A stretch of DNA of 62,559 bases, counting the filler, from Craspedostauros australis (Eukaryota), in assembly GCA_030167865.1 (NCBI GenBank). It is 8 parts of 8 records of this genome, joined end to end, with 100 filler letters (N's around TTAATTAATTAA, not from the genome) between each part and the next. Parts side by side here need not be neighbours in the genome. Positions count along the whole stretch, not along the records: positions 22,405 to 43,756 come from JALAGF010006699.1; 7 more parts are not named here. One strand, 5' to 3'. How positions within the stretch are numbered: position 1 is the stretch's first letter; each line of letters opens with the position of its first letter. This document shows, in pieces, positions 22,405 to 33,355 of this stretch. The position numbers and the translations under genes are program-made. The notes below the pieces were generated by a model that had not been told where the DNA came from, did no database searches, and saw nothing but the letters and a program-made list of their open reading frames with translations.

Positions 22405-25400
22405 GATGGAACGAAGCCACAGAGCCATGCGGCCAGCATCGCTGGCAGCGACAAACTCGGCTTCGGAGCTGCTGAGGGACACGGTCGGTTGAACACGAGT
22501 CTTCCACGCGACGGCAGCGCCGCCGAACATGAACACGATGCCGGTGACCGAGCGCCGATGGCGAATATCGGAGCCCCAGTCGGCGTCCACGTATCCATAG
22601 ACCGTGGAGAATCGGACTGTCTCATGATTGTCCACGTTGTGCGAAAAGTCCTCAGGCGGTGAAAGGGGCAGCAGCACGGGGATGTCTGGAAGTTCGGGTA
22701 GGGGTGACGGCCGCCAGTATGTGATTCCAAGTTCCCTTGTGGCAGCAATGTATCGGAAGAGGTACTTGACCGCCTCATAATGGATCTTGGCCGGGTTGAC
22801 GGAAAACTGGCTGAGTTTTACCACGGGGAACGATATGTCCGGACGGCACGAAACCATGGCCCAAATCAGCTCACCAATGGCCTGTCGATAACTGAAGAAC
22901 GATGCCTGTAGTTGTCGCCGCTCTCCTTCAGTAGCTGGGACGTCCGCACTGTCCAGTTGTCGAATGTATCCGTTGTCCGCGCGCATGGGGAGTCGTTGCG
23001 ACGATCGAAGATCTTGCCATCCATGCTTCTGGAGCACCTTGTTCAGATAGGTGGTGCAGTGTACCGTCACATGCGACCGGCCCTGAGTGAGATCAAGCCC
23101 ATTGTAGTGGGAGAAGAGCCCATGCCGAGTGATTGGCTGATTGAGTTGCTCGTCAAGTAAATCACAGAACGTGACGTATGTGCTCTGTCGTGATGTGGCA
23201 ACTGCGAAGTCGTCGACTTGCCGGAGTATGTAGACACGCTCACCGCGTATGAGTCCAGTGTAAAGGCACGGGGCGTGCGTGGTGGACGTCAGGCCTATGC
23301 GCTTCATGATCCCATTGACATGGATGCTCCATTGTCGAGGCGCCTCAGGATGACCCTGCAGGTTCTTGAGAACGGGCACAACATGGCCACGAGGAATGGT
23401 AGCACCATGCTTCTGCTCCCACCACGAACGGAATTGATCGTCCACCTTCATGTAGTATCGTTGCGCGCTGGCCGGAGCTTCAGCAAAAGCATTGGCGACG
23501 TCAGCTCCAAAGATGAGCAGGCGTTGGACGGCAGCAATAGCAACAAGGATGCGAAATTCAGTGAGATCCGGCGTGGCAGCATAGGTATGACCAAAGACAC
23601 GGACGTTGCCTCCTCGGGTGGAACCATCGCAGACTGCGCGGGCCTTCTTGCGGTTGTTCTCATGGGTCTTCACAACATACACCCACACCCAATTGAACAC
23701 CGCTGCACCGGAAGGAGCGTTCACTGGGTCACCGAACATCCCTTGATGGTGGTACTGCTCCATCTGCTTGAACTCCGCAGCTTGCCACTCATCCCAGTCA
23801 TCCCGCAGCAACAACTTGCGCCGTGTGAGCTTGGGAGCATCAGTGACAGCGCGAGCTTGCGGCGAAATCTGCCGAAGGACGTCGTGGACATGCCGAAGCT
23901 GGTCGAAGTAGAGCTGCGGGACACCCTGTTGTGACAGCGCGTTGCGTGCCTCATCAAAAGCGAAGATCGCGACGATCGGACCCGCTTTGCGCTGCCGTGC
24001 ATCCGAGATGACGCGAACGACTTCATCACCACTGGAAATGTCGTTGCCATCCAGCGTGAGCAAATGTGCAGACCGGAGACGTGACCGCCATCGGGGAATG
24101 CGAGCAGCCGGAGTGCCAGGTGTACAGGTCTGCAGCTGCAGCCGTCCTCGCGCATCGTCGGGCACAAGCACCAGTCCAGCGCACGGGTCCGAGCCAGACA
24201 CCTCAATGTCTTGTGCGAATGGAAAGCCAAAAGGTTCGCTCGCCATCTCCAGCGATCGCGCAAAGTGACGAACGGTGGAAGAGCATGCTGCAGCGGCGGC
24301 GTGCAACTCTGAATCACCGCATGCCACGCAGGACTCGACCAGGATGCGGTGTTCACCGGAACCGTCGACTGGGATATGACCACCCTTCACTGGGACCGAT
24401 GCGTCAACGCCATGAGGTGCGTGAAATCCCAGCTCGAACAAAAGCTGCGGTCCTGGAGGCCGACTGCTGGACGTGAAGTGAGCTTCGTCGAACACGATGT
24501 TGCCAGCAGTCTTGATGCGGCCAGAGTCAAGGTCGTAGTATTGATGAAGGGTTGGTGTCGCAGTGTGCCCCACGAAGACGCCATTGTAGGTATGTATGTC
24601 GAGCTTCGCAGGCGGATGCCCAGGCTTTCGGACAGTGACGCGGGATCCAAAGACACGCAGGTGCTGAAGATCAGGCTTGACCCCATGTTGGAGCTCGTAT
24701 GGCGTCTTGGAGATGGACGCGTGCCACAGGCGGTTCTTCAAGTAGACCGAATGCACAAGCGCAAGGGCCCAAAACTGTGGCTTGAGGCCAGCCGAGTATA
24801 GCAGAGCCCTCGTCATGACGCCAAAAGTGCGGTTCAGCCGCTCCACTTTCCCATTCATCCAGGAGCAGCCAGCGCCAGTGGGTTCAAGGTTGTACCCGGC
24901 ATCACGGACGGCCACTTGGAAAGCCCCAGATCGAGCGAGTTCGCCGCCAGTGTCCACTCGTACCGCGCGATGACCGGAGCGCCGACCAAAATCACCCAAG
25001 AGCTTAGTGAAGATCTCAACTGGAGGTGATCTGTCCTTGGTCGGGAACACCCAGGTGTACCGCGTGTAGGCATCAGTGATGAGCAGGTACGACGTGAACC
25101 CTTCAAGGGATAGCACAACGCGGCGGTGAGCACCTTTGCCACGAAGCTTGGCAGCGCCATAAGCCTCGTTGGTAGCACGCATGAAGCCAAAATCGGCATG
25201 GAAGCGAGCGCCCGGATGTGGCTCGACAAAATCCACGTTGGGCCCACGAGCTGCCTTCTGCCGATGAGCTTGGCTGCACGTCTCGCAGTGCCGCATAGGA
25301 TGTGCGCTCGACTTCAGCTTGCCAGGCATGCCAGTAGCATGTGCCGGGAGCTTCTCCAGCTGTGACATGCCAGGGTGCCCCAGGCGCATGTGCCAAAGCT

Positions 25401-26716
25401 CGGCCTGCAGGGCGGGCGACGAAGTCTGTATGGAGAACGCCATGGGCGACCGAGTGGCATCACCAGTGAAGAAGTACAGCCCATTGGACTGGGTCATGGA
25501 TGCAGAGCAATCGCCACGCGCACCATGGAATGTGAGGGTGGCACCACCTGAGTCGGACGCGAAGGTGAACCGTTGGAAGTCGTTGTCACTCTGCCGCACG
25601 ATGGACTGTGGCGAGATAAGCGTCTCAGCCAGATGAGGGCATAGCGCAGTGCGGACGGAGATGGAAGATCCTTCACACGTGGGCACGTCCATGAAGCCTT
25701 CACCAGGGCACACCATGGACTCGGCATGGGCATCGGCAGCCGCAAGCATGAGTGGCGACGGGAATGGTTGGTAACCCCGTAGAACCTCCTTGTATGGAGT
25801 AGCACTCACATTGGCGCCGATGTCACACTGGCCCATTCCATTGAAGGGATTCCAAGCCCGGACTCCGGGTCCATCAGTGCGAGCGGCATGGACGCGGCAA
25901 GCCCTGACCACGGCATATCCCACAAGCTTGAGTGGTTGTAATGCCGAAGCAGCAGGTAATGAAAGCGCGGAAACCTCATCATTGCGATGACCTGCTGGTT
26001 TCCCGCTGTAGCGATCGTTGGATAANNNNNNNNNNNNNNNNNNNNNNNNNNNNNNNNNNNNNNNNNNNNNNNNNNAACGCCATGGGCGACCGAGTGGAGT
26101 CACCAGTGAAGAAGTACAGCCCATTGGACTGGGTCATGGATGCAGAGCAATCGCCACGCGCGCCATGGAACGTGAGGGTGGCACCACTGGAGTCGGACGC
26201 GAAGGTGAACCTGTGGAAGTCGTTGTCGCTCTGCCGCACGATGGACTGTGGCGAGATAAGTGTCTCAGCCAGATGAGGGCAGAGCGCAGTGCGGACGGAG
26301 ATGGAAGATCCTTCACATGTGGGCACGTCCAGGAAGCCTTCACCAGGGCACACCATGGACTCGGCATGGGCATTGGCAGCCGCAAGCAGGAGGGGCGACG
26401 GGAATGGTTGGTAACCCCGCAGAACCTCCTTGTATGGCGTAGCACTCACATTGGCGCCGATGTCACACTGGCCCATTCCATTGAAGGGATTCCAAGCCCG
26501 GACTCCGGGTCCATCAGTGCGAGCGGCATGGACGCGGCAAGCCCTGACCACGGCATATCCCACAAGCTTGAGCGGTTGGATTGCCGAAGCAGCAGGTAAT
26601 GAAAGCGCGGAAACCTCATCATTGCGATGACCTGCTGGTTTCCCGCTGCAGCGATCGTTGGATAATGGCCGCTCACCAGAGAGTTCGCTTACTCCTGGCC
26701 GGCAGTCCAAAAATCC
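22405..26716 (-). CDS. pol: Copia Pol (protease, integrase, PDZ-like insert, RT, RNase H); partial, with an assembly duplication
   Basis: CDIGAN protease; WHMRLGH..CETC; HADFG..RVDTGGEL..NGKVERLN integrase; KARAVCDG, DVANAF, LQGHP, QVDD RT; YVDADWG..SSSEAEF RNase H. Confidence 0.92.
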
Positions 26717-29084
26717 TGATCGACGGACTCGAGTACCTCATCAGACACCATGAGGCCAGCGAGGGACTCGTGATCCTCATTGCCAAAACGCTGGATGGCC
26801 CGAGCGTTCGCCTTGAAAGTCTGCTTGGTGAAGTGCCCGCGGAACTTGTCGCGCATGCTGGCCGCATAATCAGGGTGAGACGTGGCGAACTCGGTCATAT
26901 GCGCATGGCGCCCAAAAGTCTTGCACGTGTCCTTGGTGTGGCCCATGTTGCAGCAGGCGTCACAGAAGGCACCAGGCATGGGTTTGTAGAATGCATGCTG
27001 GCGCCGTTCTGGACGCTGCCCGTGGCCACCACCATCATGGCGCCCTTGGCTGCGCGTGTTGACGCGATGCGCGACACCCCGTGTAGGAGCTTGGGGAAGA
27101 TCGGCAACCTCCTGCCCGAGTTGCTCCACGCGTAGGTTGAGTGGAAGCTCCCGGGCCGAGGTAACACCACGAACCGCGGTATGAAAGTGTCCCAGCTCGT
27201 ACCCATGGCCGCGGAGTTCCTCAAGGAAGTGGCGGGTGAGTTCCAGCTGAGAGATGTGGCGGCGAAACACAAGGCTCTCCACGAGCTGATAGCTGAGAAG
27301 CTGTTCAGCATACGTGGCCACCGAGCCATGGAATGCCGGCGCCTTGTGGACCTGCGTCTGCACCGCATCGTACGCGCCAGAGAGTAGAGTGTGCAGGAAC
27401 ACGTACGCTGACAGCCGATGTGGCATGATGCCGATGCTGCTGGTGTACTTCAGGCGAAGTGCCGCATGCTCCAGGTTGATGATGCCGTCGGCCTGTAGCT
27501 TAACCACCAGCTGATCATTCATGGCAAAGACACGGGGNNNNNNNNNNNNNNNNNNNNNNNNNNNNNNNNNNNNNNNNNNNNNNNNNNACAGAAGGCACCA
27601 GGCATGGGTTTGTAGAATGCATGCTGGCGCCGTTCTGGACGCTGCCCGCGGCCACCACCATCATTGCGCCCCTGGCTGCGCGTGTTGACGCGATGTGCGA
27701 CACCCCGTGTAGGAGTCTGGGGAAGATCGGCAACCTCCTGCCCAAGTTGCTCCACGCGTAGGTTGAGCGGAAGCTCCCGGGCTGAGGCAACACCACGAAC
27801 CGCGGTATGAAAGTGTCCCAGCTCGTACCCATGGCCGCGTAGCTCCTCAAGGAAGTGGCGGGTGAGTTCCAGCTGAGAGATGTGGCGACGAAACACAAGG
27901 CTCTCCACGAGCTGATAGCTGAGAAGCTGTTCAGCATATGTGGCCACCGAGCCATGGAACGCCGGCGCCTTGTGGACCTGTGTCTGCACCGCATCGTACG
28001 CGCCAGAGAGCAGGGTGTGTAGGAACACGTACGCCGACAGCCGATGTGGCATGATGCCGATGCTGCTGGTGTACTTCAGGCGAAGCGCCGCATGCTCCAG
28101 GTTGATGATGCCATCGGCCTGCAGCTTAACCACCAGCTGATCATTCATGGCAAAGACACGGGGACCGTGAACATTGCGCGGAATGACAGAGGTGGATGGC
28201 TGGAAGGAGTTCAGCGGGCAAAAGTGCAAGTCCGCGCGTGCGGCAGCAGCCTGGAATTGGCCATACCAGTTGAACACGGCGGTTGGCGAGTCGTCCTTCA
28301 GGGGAAGACGCCACTTGTCCCACGCCGGGCCGACACCGTAGTCCAGACGCTCGACAGCGGGCGGGACCTCGTAGGTACGGTGCCGACGGAACGCGGGGCT
28401 GGCGTTAGCCACAGAGTAGTCCACGCCAGAGTCGGTGACGTAGTCGAAACCCGCGGTCTCACGACGGGGACTCTCGAAGTCAGCAGGCGGGAGAGTATGC
28501 GAGTCCACAGCAGGAGCAGTAGAAGCCGCACCATCGCCAGGCGTGTCGCCGTCGCGAGGAGGAGGACCACCTTCAGGCGGCACGGTCGCAGCAGGATCGG
28601 CCACCTTGGAGATGTCCACGACCTCGTCACCCGCGCGCAGACCTGTGTTAGCAGCGCGCGAAGCGACAGAGGCCACCGACATGGGGACGGATCGGAAGTC
28701 GGGAGGGATCGGATTCTCGAGGCGCATGAAAGGACGGAACTCGCGCGCCGAGAGGTTGGATGCCCACTGGTCGTCAGCTTCGCCGGTTTTCAAATACCAC
28801 GCGCGAAGGCGCCACAAGTGCCGCACATGAAGTGGGCTCGTTGCAGACCACGCGCAGAGGCACTCGTGAAAGCCATCATCGGGCGCGTAGAAGAGGTCGC
28901 AGAGCTCGTCGTCAGTGCGCACCTGCAGCTCCTCCATGGCGGCCGGAAACCATTTCCATCCAAGGCGAAGCGAAATGGTTTGAGCGGTTGTCACCGTCGC
29001 AGCGGGCGGAGCGGTGTCATCAGCGGGGGCCATGGTAGAGAGTGGAACGAAGTGCGGAGCGAAGAAAGGGTGACGAGAGGGCAT
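26689..29084 (-). CDS. gag: Copia Gag (includes an assembly-duplicated segment)
   Basis: ORF after the PBS with CCHC knuckle CDACCNMGHTKDTC; ends QDFWTAGQE* overlapping pol in the -1 frame. Start may be 29084 or 29033. Confidence 0.85.
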
Positions 29085-29235
29085 ACAGCTCGAGGCCAGG
29101 GAATGAAACGTCCTGAAACGAAGAGCACGAAGAAAGGAGAGGATGTGATCNNNNNNNNNNNNNNNNNNNNNNNNNNNNNNNNNNNNNNNNNNNNNNNNNN
29201 AAAGGAGAGGATGTGATCACAATAGCGTGAAACAA

Positions 29236-29244
29236 GCCATAACC
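29236..29244 (-). promoter_or_regulatory. Primer-binding site, internal tRNAi-Met (half-tRNA) type
   Basis: Minus strand ...TGACA|GGTTATGGC, resembling the GGTTATGGG PBS of Drosophila copia. Confidence 0.7.
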
Positions 29245-29375
29245 TGTCAGTATCTGTACGGGAGGATGTGTGTGTGTGTGTGTGCTAATGATGGATTTAT
29301 GGGAGGAGACTGTCTCCGTTGTCACTCTTCAGAGGCGGAGGCTGCGGACGTCTGTCCTGCGTACGTATGCCAACA
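29245..29375 (-). repeat. Short 5' LTR (~130 bp) with a (TG)n tract
   Basis: TG...CA bounded and abutting the PBS; the outer boundary is uncertain because the second LTR is missing. Confidence 0.55.
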
Positions 29376-29777
29376 ACATCAAGTACAGCTCACGGGCTAC
29401 CGAGTTGTTGAAATCGAACACTTCGAACCGATGCGTTCCGAGCGAGTCTTGGAGTCAAACGAGTCGCTTCGCTCGTGGTGGTCAAGGTTCTGCGACCAAA
29501 CAGTCACAACGTGACTGGGGCGGAGCGCTTGTTCTGGTCACGCGTGGGTGGAAGAAAAAAACGGTGCGTGTGGTTTTGTTGGATTCGTGCCACGTTATCA
29601 TCTGGTTCAGAACAAGGGAGCCATGACGGAGTATTCGCTCTGTGCCAAACTCCTCGTCATCATCATCACAATCACAAAACACCAACCACCGAACCCAAGG
29701 TCTTGTATTTTATTGAAGGAAGAATCCAGTCGAGGACTAGCATCCCACAAGTAGGAACACCAACATCCCATGCAACA

Positions 29778-31289
29778 ATGGCAAAGAAAGAGCAAAAACG
29801 TACAGCGAAGGCGCCCAAGGCACCCAAGGCGATAACGAACTTTGCCCTCACCATAGCTGCAGTGATGACCCTCGTCTGCACGATGCTGGTGGTCGATCAA
29901 CAGACTCTCCCCGAGTTCCTCAATTCGCAAAGTACAGATTCGCGTGTCGCCGTCAATGGTTCTGGCACTGACGAAGAAGCCTCCCCCACAGCGATCTTTG
30001 GCGAGGACACTCCCAACACAAATCATAGCGCACCAATCGCAGGCAACGAGAGCCCCGTGAGCACCGAGCCTGCCGCTGCTGCAATCAACGGAAGCAATAT
30101 TCCTCCTCCAATACCTGCCATCGCCAATGACACAAACCAACCACCGCCGCAACGGCCCGTGCGTACCCAGAGGATGAGACGGCAATCATGTTTTGCGCCT
30201 CATTTCGATGTTCCACAGGTGGTCACGTACGATCCTGCCTACGTCTTTGAAATGAAGGTTCCCTTCTACGTATACGAAGATCAACTCAGCATGGCAGACA
30301 TGACATCGTGCGGGGTTCCACTTGGGATGACGGCTTACGCATTCTTCAAGCACTCCGATGACTACTGGATGCTCCAAAGTGCCCTAGTTCATCCCATGCG
30401 GACCAAGAATGCGACAGAAGCAAAGCTCTTCTTCGTGCCATTTTTAATGAACGCCCTTGCTGACGGTATCGCATGGAGAAATCGCTATCTTTGCATCCAC
30501 GATGGGATGACATGCTTTGATCATACCGTCACCCCAAATGTGGAAATCAGCCTGGCGGACACGATGCTGGGACGATCAGAGTACTTCCGACGCTTCAATG
30601 GTGCAGACCATGTAGTGGTCACTTCACACTATGCAGCATCACGCGACTACCTGCGGTTTGGCCACTTCACCAACATAATGTCTACCAACCGCGTCATCTT
30701 CGAGAATTTCCCTCAACGCTGGCCAGACAGCACGCTACCACCTCGCATCACAATGCAGAATCTCTATGTCGCTAACCAGGGTTGCGCGGCTGTGTCGCCC
30801 AACGAGAAGACTGCGGACTTCGCACTCATCGCTTCCATGAAACCGAACGACAGAAACTTCGATGACCGTGCGCACATTTGCCAATGGATCGCAGACGCAA
30901 ACTACTCCAACACCAACTGCGGCGCTGGGAAGATGTGCCCAGCTCTGGCCAACGCCAGGTTCGGCTTCCATGCTCGGGGCGATACCTATGGCTCCAACAG
31001 GCCCTTCGATATCGTTGCGTCCGAGACCGTGCCGGTATTCACGCACGAGGAGCAGTTCCGCATAGTGCCGGATTTCGCAAGGTTCCGAGAAATGAGCTAC
31101 CTTGTGAATGTCTCGTCTGCAGAAGCATTCCACGAAACGATCCGACCTTTGCTGGAACTGACGCTTGAAGAGTACACCGCGAAGGTGGCCGTTGTGAAGG
31201 CGAATGCCCGGCGCATAGACATCACAACAGGCGAGCCGTTCGATATGTACATGGCAGAGTTTGCAAGGAAGTTACGGTTCCAGGATTAG
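29778..31289 (+). CDS. Exostosin-like glycosyltransferase (GT47), type II membrane protein, 503 aa
   Basis: Basic N-tail, one TM helix, Pro/Thr stem; FYVYE, HPMRT...EAKLFFVP, YFRRFNGADHV, ARFGFHARGDTYGSNRPFD...VPV. Confidence 0.85.
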   Translation: MAKKEQKRTAKAPKAPKAITNFALTIAAVMTLVCTMLVVDQQTLPEFLNSQSTDSRVAVNGSGTDEEASPTAIFGEDTPNTNHSAPIAGNESPVSTEPAAAAINGSNIPPPIPAIANDTNQPPPQRPVRTQRMRRQSCFAPHFDVPQVVTYDPAYVFEMKVPFYVYEDQLSMADMTSCGVPLGMTAYAFFKHSDDYWMLQSALVHPMRTKNATEAKLFFVPFLMNALADGIAWRNRYLCIHDGMTCFDHTVTPNVEISLADTMLGRSEYFRRFNGADHVVVTSHYAASRDYLRFGHFTNIMSTNRVIFENFPQRWPDSTLPPRITMQNLYVANQGCAAVSPNEKTADFALIASMKPNDRNFDDRAHICQWIADANYSNTNCGAGKMCPALANARFGFHARGDTYGSNRPFDIVASETVPVFTHEEQFRIVPDFARFREMSYLVNVSSAEAFHETIRPLLELTLEEYTAKVAVVKANARRIDITTGEPFDMYMAEFARKLRFQD

Positions 31290-31660
31290 TGGGTCGAGGT
31301 GCATCAAACTTGTACGTACTCAGATGGTAACCAGCGCTCCCAAGTTCCCATCAAGAACCTTCACGAGAGCAGTGCAATTTCGCACATGTGCTGCGCAGAA
31401 GTTCATTGGTTGGACATTCCATACGAGCGCTGCAACGTATTATTATATTCTATGATGATTATTGGGAAGGCAGGAAGGACGGATGGGAGTTTCTCTGCGA
31501 TTCAAATCAAAAGGCACTGTGCTTGGCCACTTGCATGTTCATGTTCATGCCATGTTCATCTCCACGTTCGAAATAGCTGTGATGTCAATTCGGTGGGAGC
31601 TTAATTCATGACAGCAGTGGCGTGATGCCCCGTTGGGAGTTCAGCAGAGTGATCAATGTC

Positions 31661-32686
31661 TCATACAAGTTCTGAACGTGTTGCTTCTTGGAGGTAGCGA
31701 TCAAAGGCTCGGACCTGCCGATCTGCATGTCCATCACGTTCAATTTGACGCATCACATCGGACTCCATCTCGTCGAAACCGATGTGGTCCACCGTGAGAA
31801 TGCCACGGTCATGATCCAACTCATGCTGGATACACCGAGCGGCTTCACCCCGGAACCGTCGACGTTGTCTTGGACCCAAATCACCACTGTCGCCTCGTCT
31901 GTTGCTGGGGCTGTCCAGATCGATGAATGTATATTCGACATCGACCCAGGCATCGCGCAGCACCGTCGCTTCGAAACCAGTCGGCAGTACCAAACATTCT
32001 TCCGTCCAACACACCATTTCGTCCTCCGGACTGCGCCCCACAATCCATGGATCTAACATGACCATGGGCCGACTTCGTCTGCGTTTGTTGTCAGGATTTT
32101 CAATGTACAGCAAGCGTACGTCGATACCGCATTGCTGTGCCGCCAATCCCACGGCCTCATGATGCTGCGCTGTATTGGCCAACATGCGAGCCCCGCGTTG
32201 ATACAGATCGGAATCGATGCTGCTCACGGCAGTAGCCGCGCGACGTAAAATGGGATCGGGCCACCGTGCGAATGGCCACATTGTGGCATCATCGCGACAT
32301 GCTTCTTCAAAGGTGCGGAGTGGAAGGTTCGTCCCGCTCCAGTTGGATGAATACACGAAGGGATGCTTCAGCGGTGCGGGGAGTTGCTGATCGTTCGCTA
32401 TTGCTGGTGTCGCGGACGCCAGTGTCGGGACCACGCAAGTCTGCAGCACACGATGCAGCATGACGCGACGGTCGCATCGTGCTGTTTGTACAGGATGGCT
32501 TTCATCGTCGACAGCCGACCGTCCAACGATTGTATGGGACCGCGATGGCTGTTTGCGTTGAGAATAATGGGACTGCCATCCTGAAAATGCGAAACCAGAA
32601 CGGATGCATGCTGCAAGGATGTGCACGCAGATGCAGATGCAGATGCTGATGCTGATGCTGATCGACGATGTGCTCCCCCTGACCAT
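31661..32686 (-). CDS. def: Peptide deformylase-like protein, probably plastid-targeted, 341 aa
   Basis: WPDPILR, VGLAAQQCG, EECL, ARCIQHELDHDRG; signal peptide ending ..SGFA-F. Confidence 0.85.
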   Translation of the reverse strand: MVRGSTSSISISISICICICVHILAACIRSGFAFSGWQSHYSQRKQPSRSHTIVGRSAVDDESHPVQTARCDRRVMLHRVLQTCVVPTLASATPAIANDQQLPAPLKHPFVYSSNWSGTNLPLRTFEEACRDDATMWPFARWPDPILRRAATAVSSIDSDLYQRGARMLANTAQHHEAVGLAAQQCGIDVRLLYIENPDNKRRRSRPMVMLDPWIVGRSPEDEMVCWTEECLVLPTGFEATVLRDAWVDVEYTFIDLDSPSNRRGDSGDLGPRQRRRFRGEAARCIQHELDHDRGILTVDHIGFDEMESDVMRQIERDGHADRQVRAFDRYLQEATRSELV

Positions 32687-33355
32687 CTTCGTTGCACAAG
32701 TTTCGGCGGAGTGGATTTGTGAAACAACGAACAGAGACCGAAGGCGTCAATCAACGTGTTTCCTCTTTGACGCGATCAACCTTGATCGGACTAGTCGAAC
32801 GGTCAGAAACAGAGCAACTTCAGCTCTCTGTGTAGAATGGATTATCTGATAACTACGAAATTGTTGTCTATCTCTGCGGCAAAAAGAGATCTTGATCAAC
32901 TATTTTATTGTTCTATTGTGGAAACATAATCTATAAAAGACCTACGACTGCGCCAAAGATCTCTTCGGCTACGAAAACGCGGCGTGAGAAAACGCCTTTT
33001 GGAGGTGGAATCCGCTCCGCGTTTCAGCTCTCTCAGCAACGCTCGCATTGTGCCCTTGTGCGTCGTTTGGGAATCAACGCCGCTCCGCTCTGTGTCTCTG
33101 TTAGACGCAACCTCATTTCCCATCCAAACCACGTGCAGAGAGACAACAAGGAGGACGGCACCCATACTCACACACGGTGGCTATCCCTCACAGCTTGAAC
33201 GAGTGCTTCAACGATTCAGGAAGTCGCTGGACTTTTCTCACGAAAGACACCACAAAAACTGCGACAGCAGCAATCCCACGAAGTTCCTCCAGACCAAACG
33301 CATCTGGCACTCGATTTCGCCAGCAGAAAGAAAGCGAGAAAAGCTGCATCCCGCC

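Larger units (their letters stand above)
22405..29375 (-). mobile_element. Ty1/Copia LTR retrotransposon, diatom CoDi-like; 3' end lost at scaffold edge
   Basis: Order on the minus strand: 5' LTR, PBS, gag, protease, integrase, RT, RNase H. Confidence 0.92.

Noticed and set aside
25436..28166. Duplicated protease and gag segments in the Copia element
   Set aside because: Same gap-flanking overlap pattern, also seen at 8231-9585, 18710-18926, 53160-53370 and 59675-60170.
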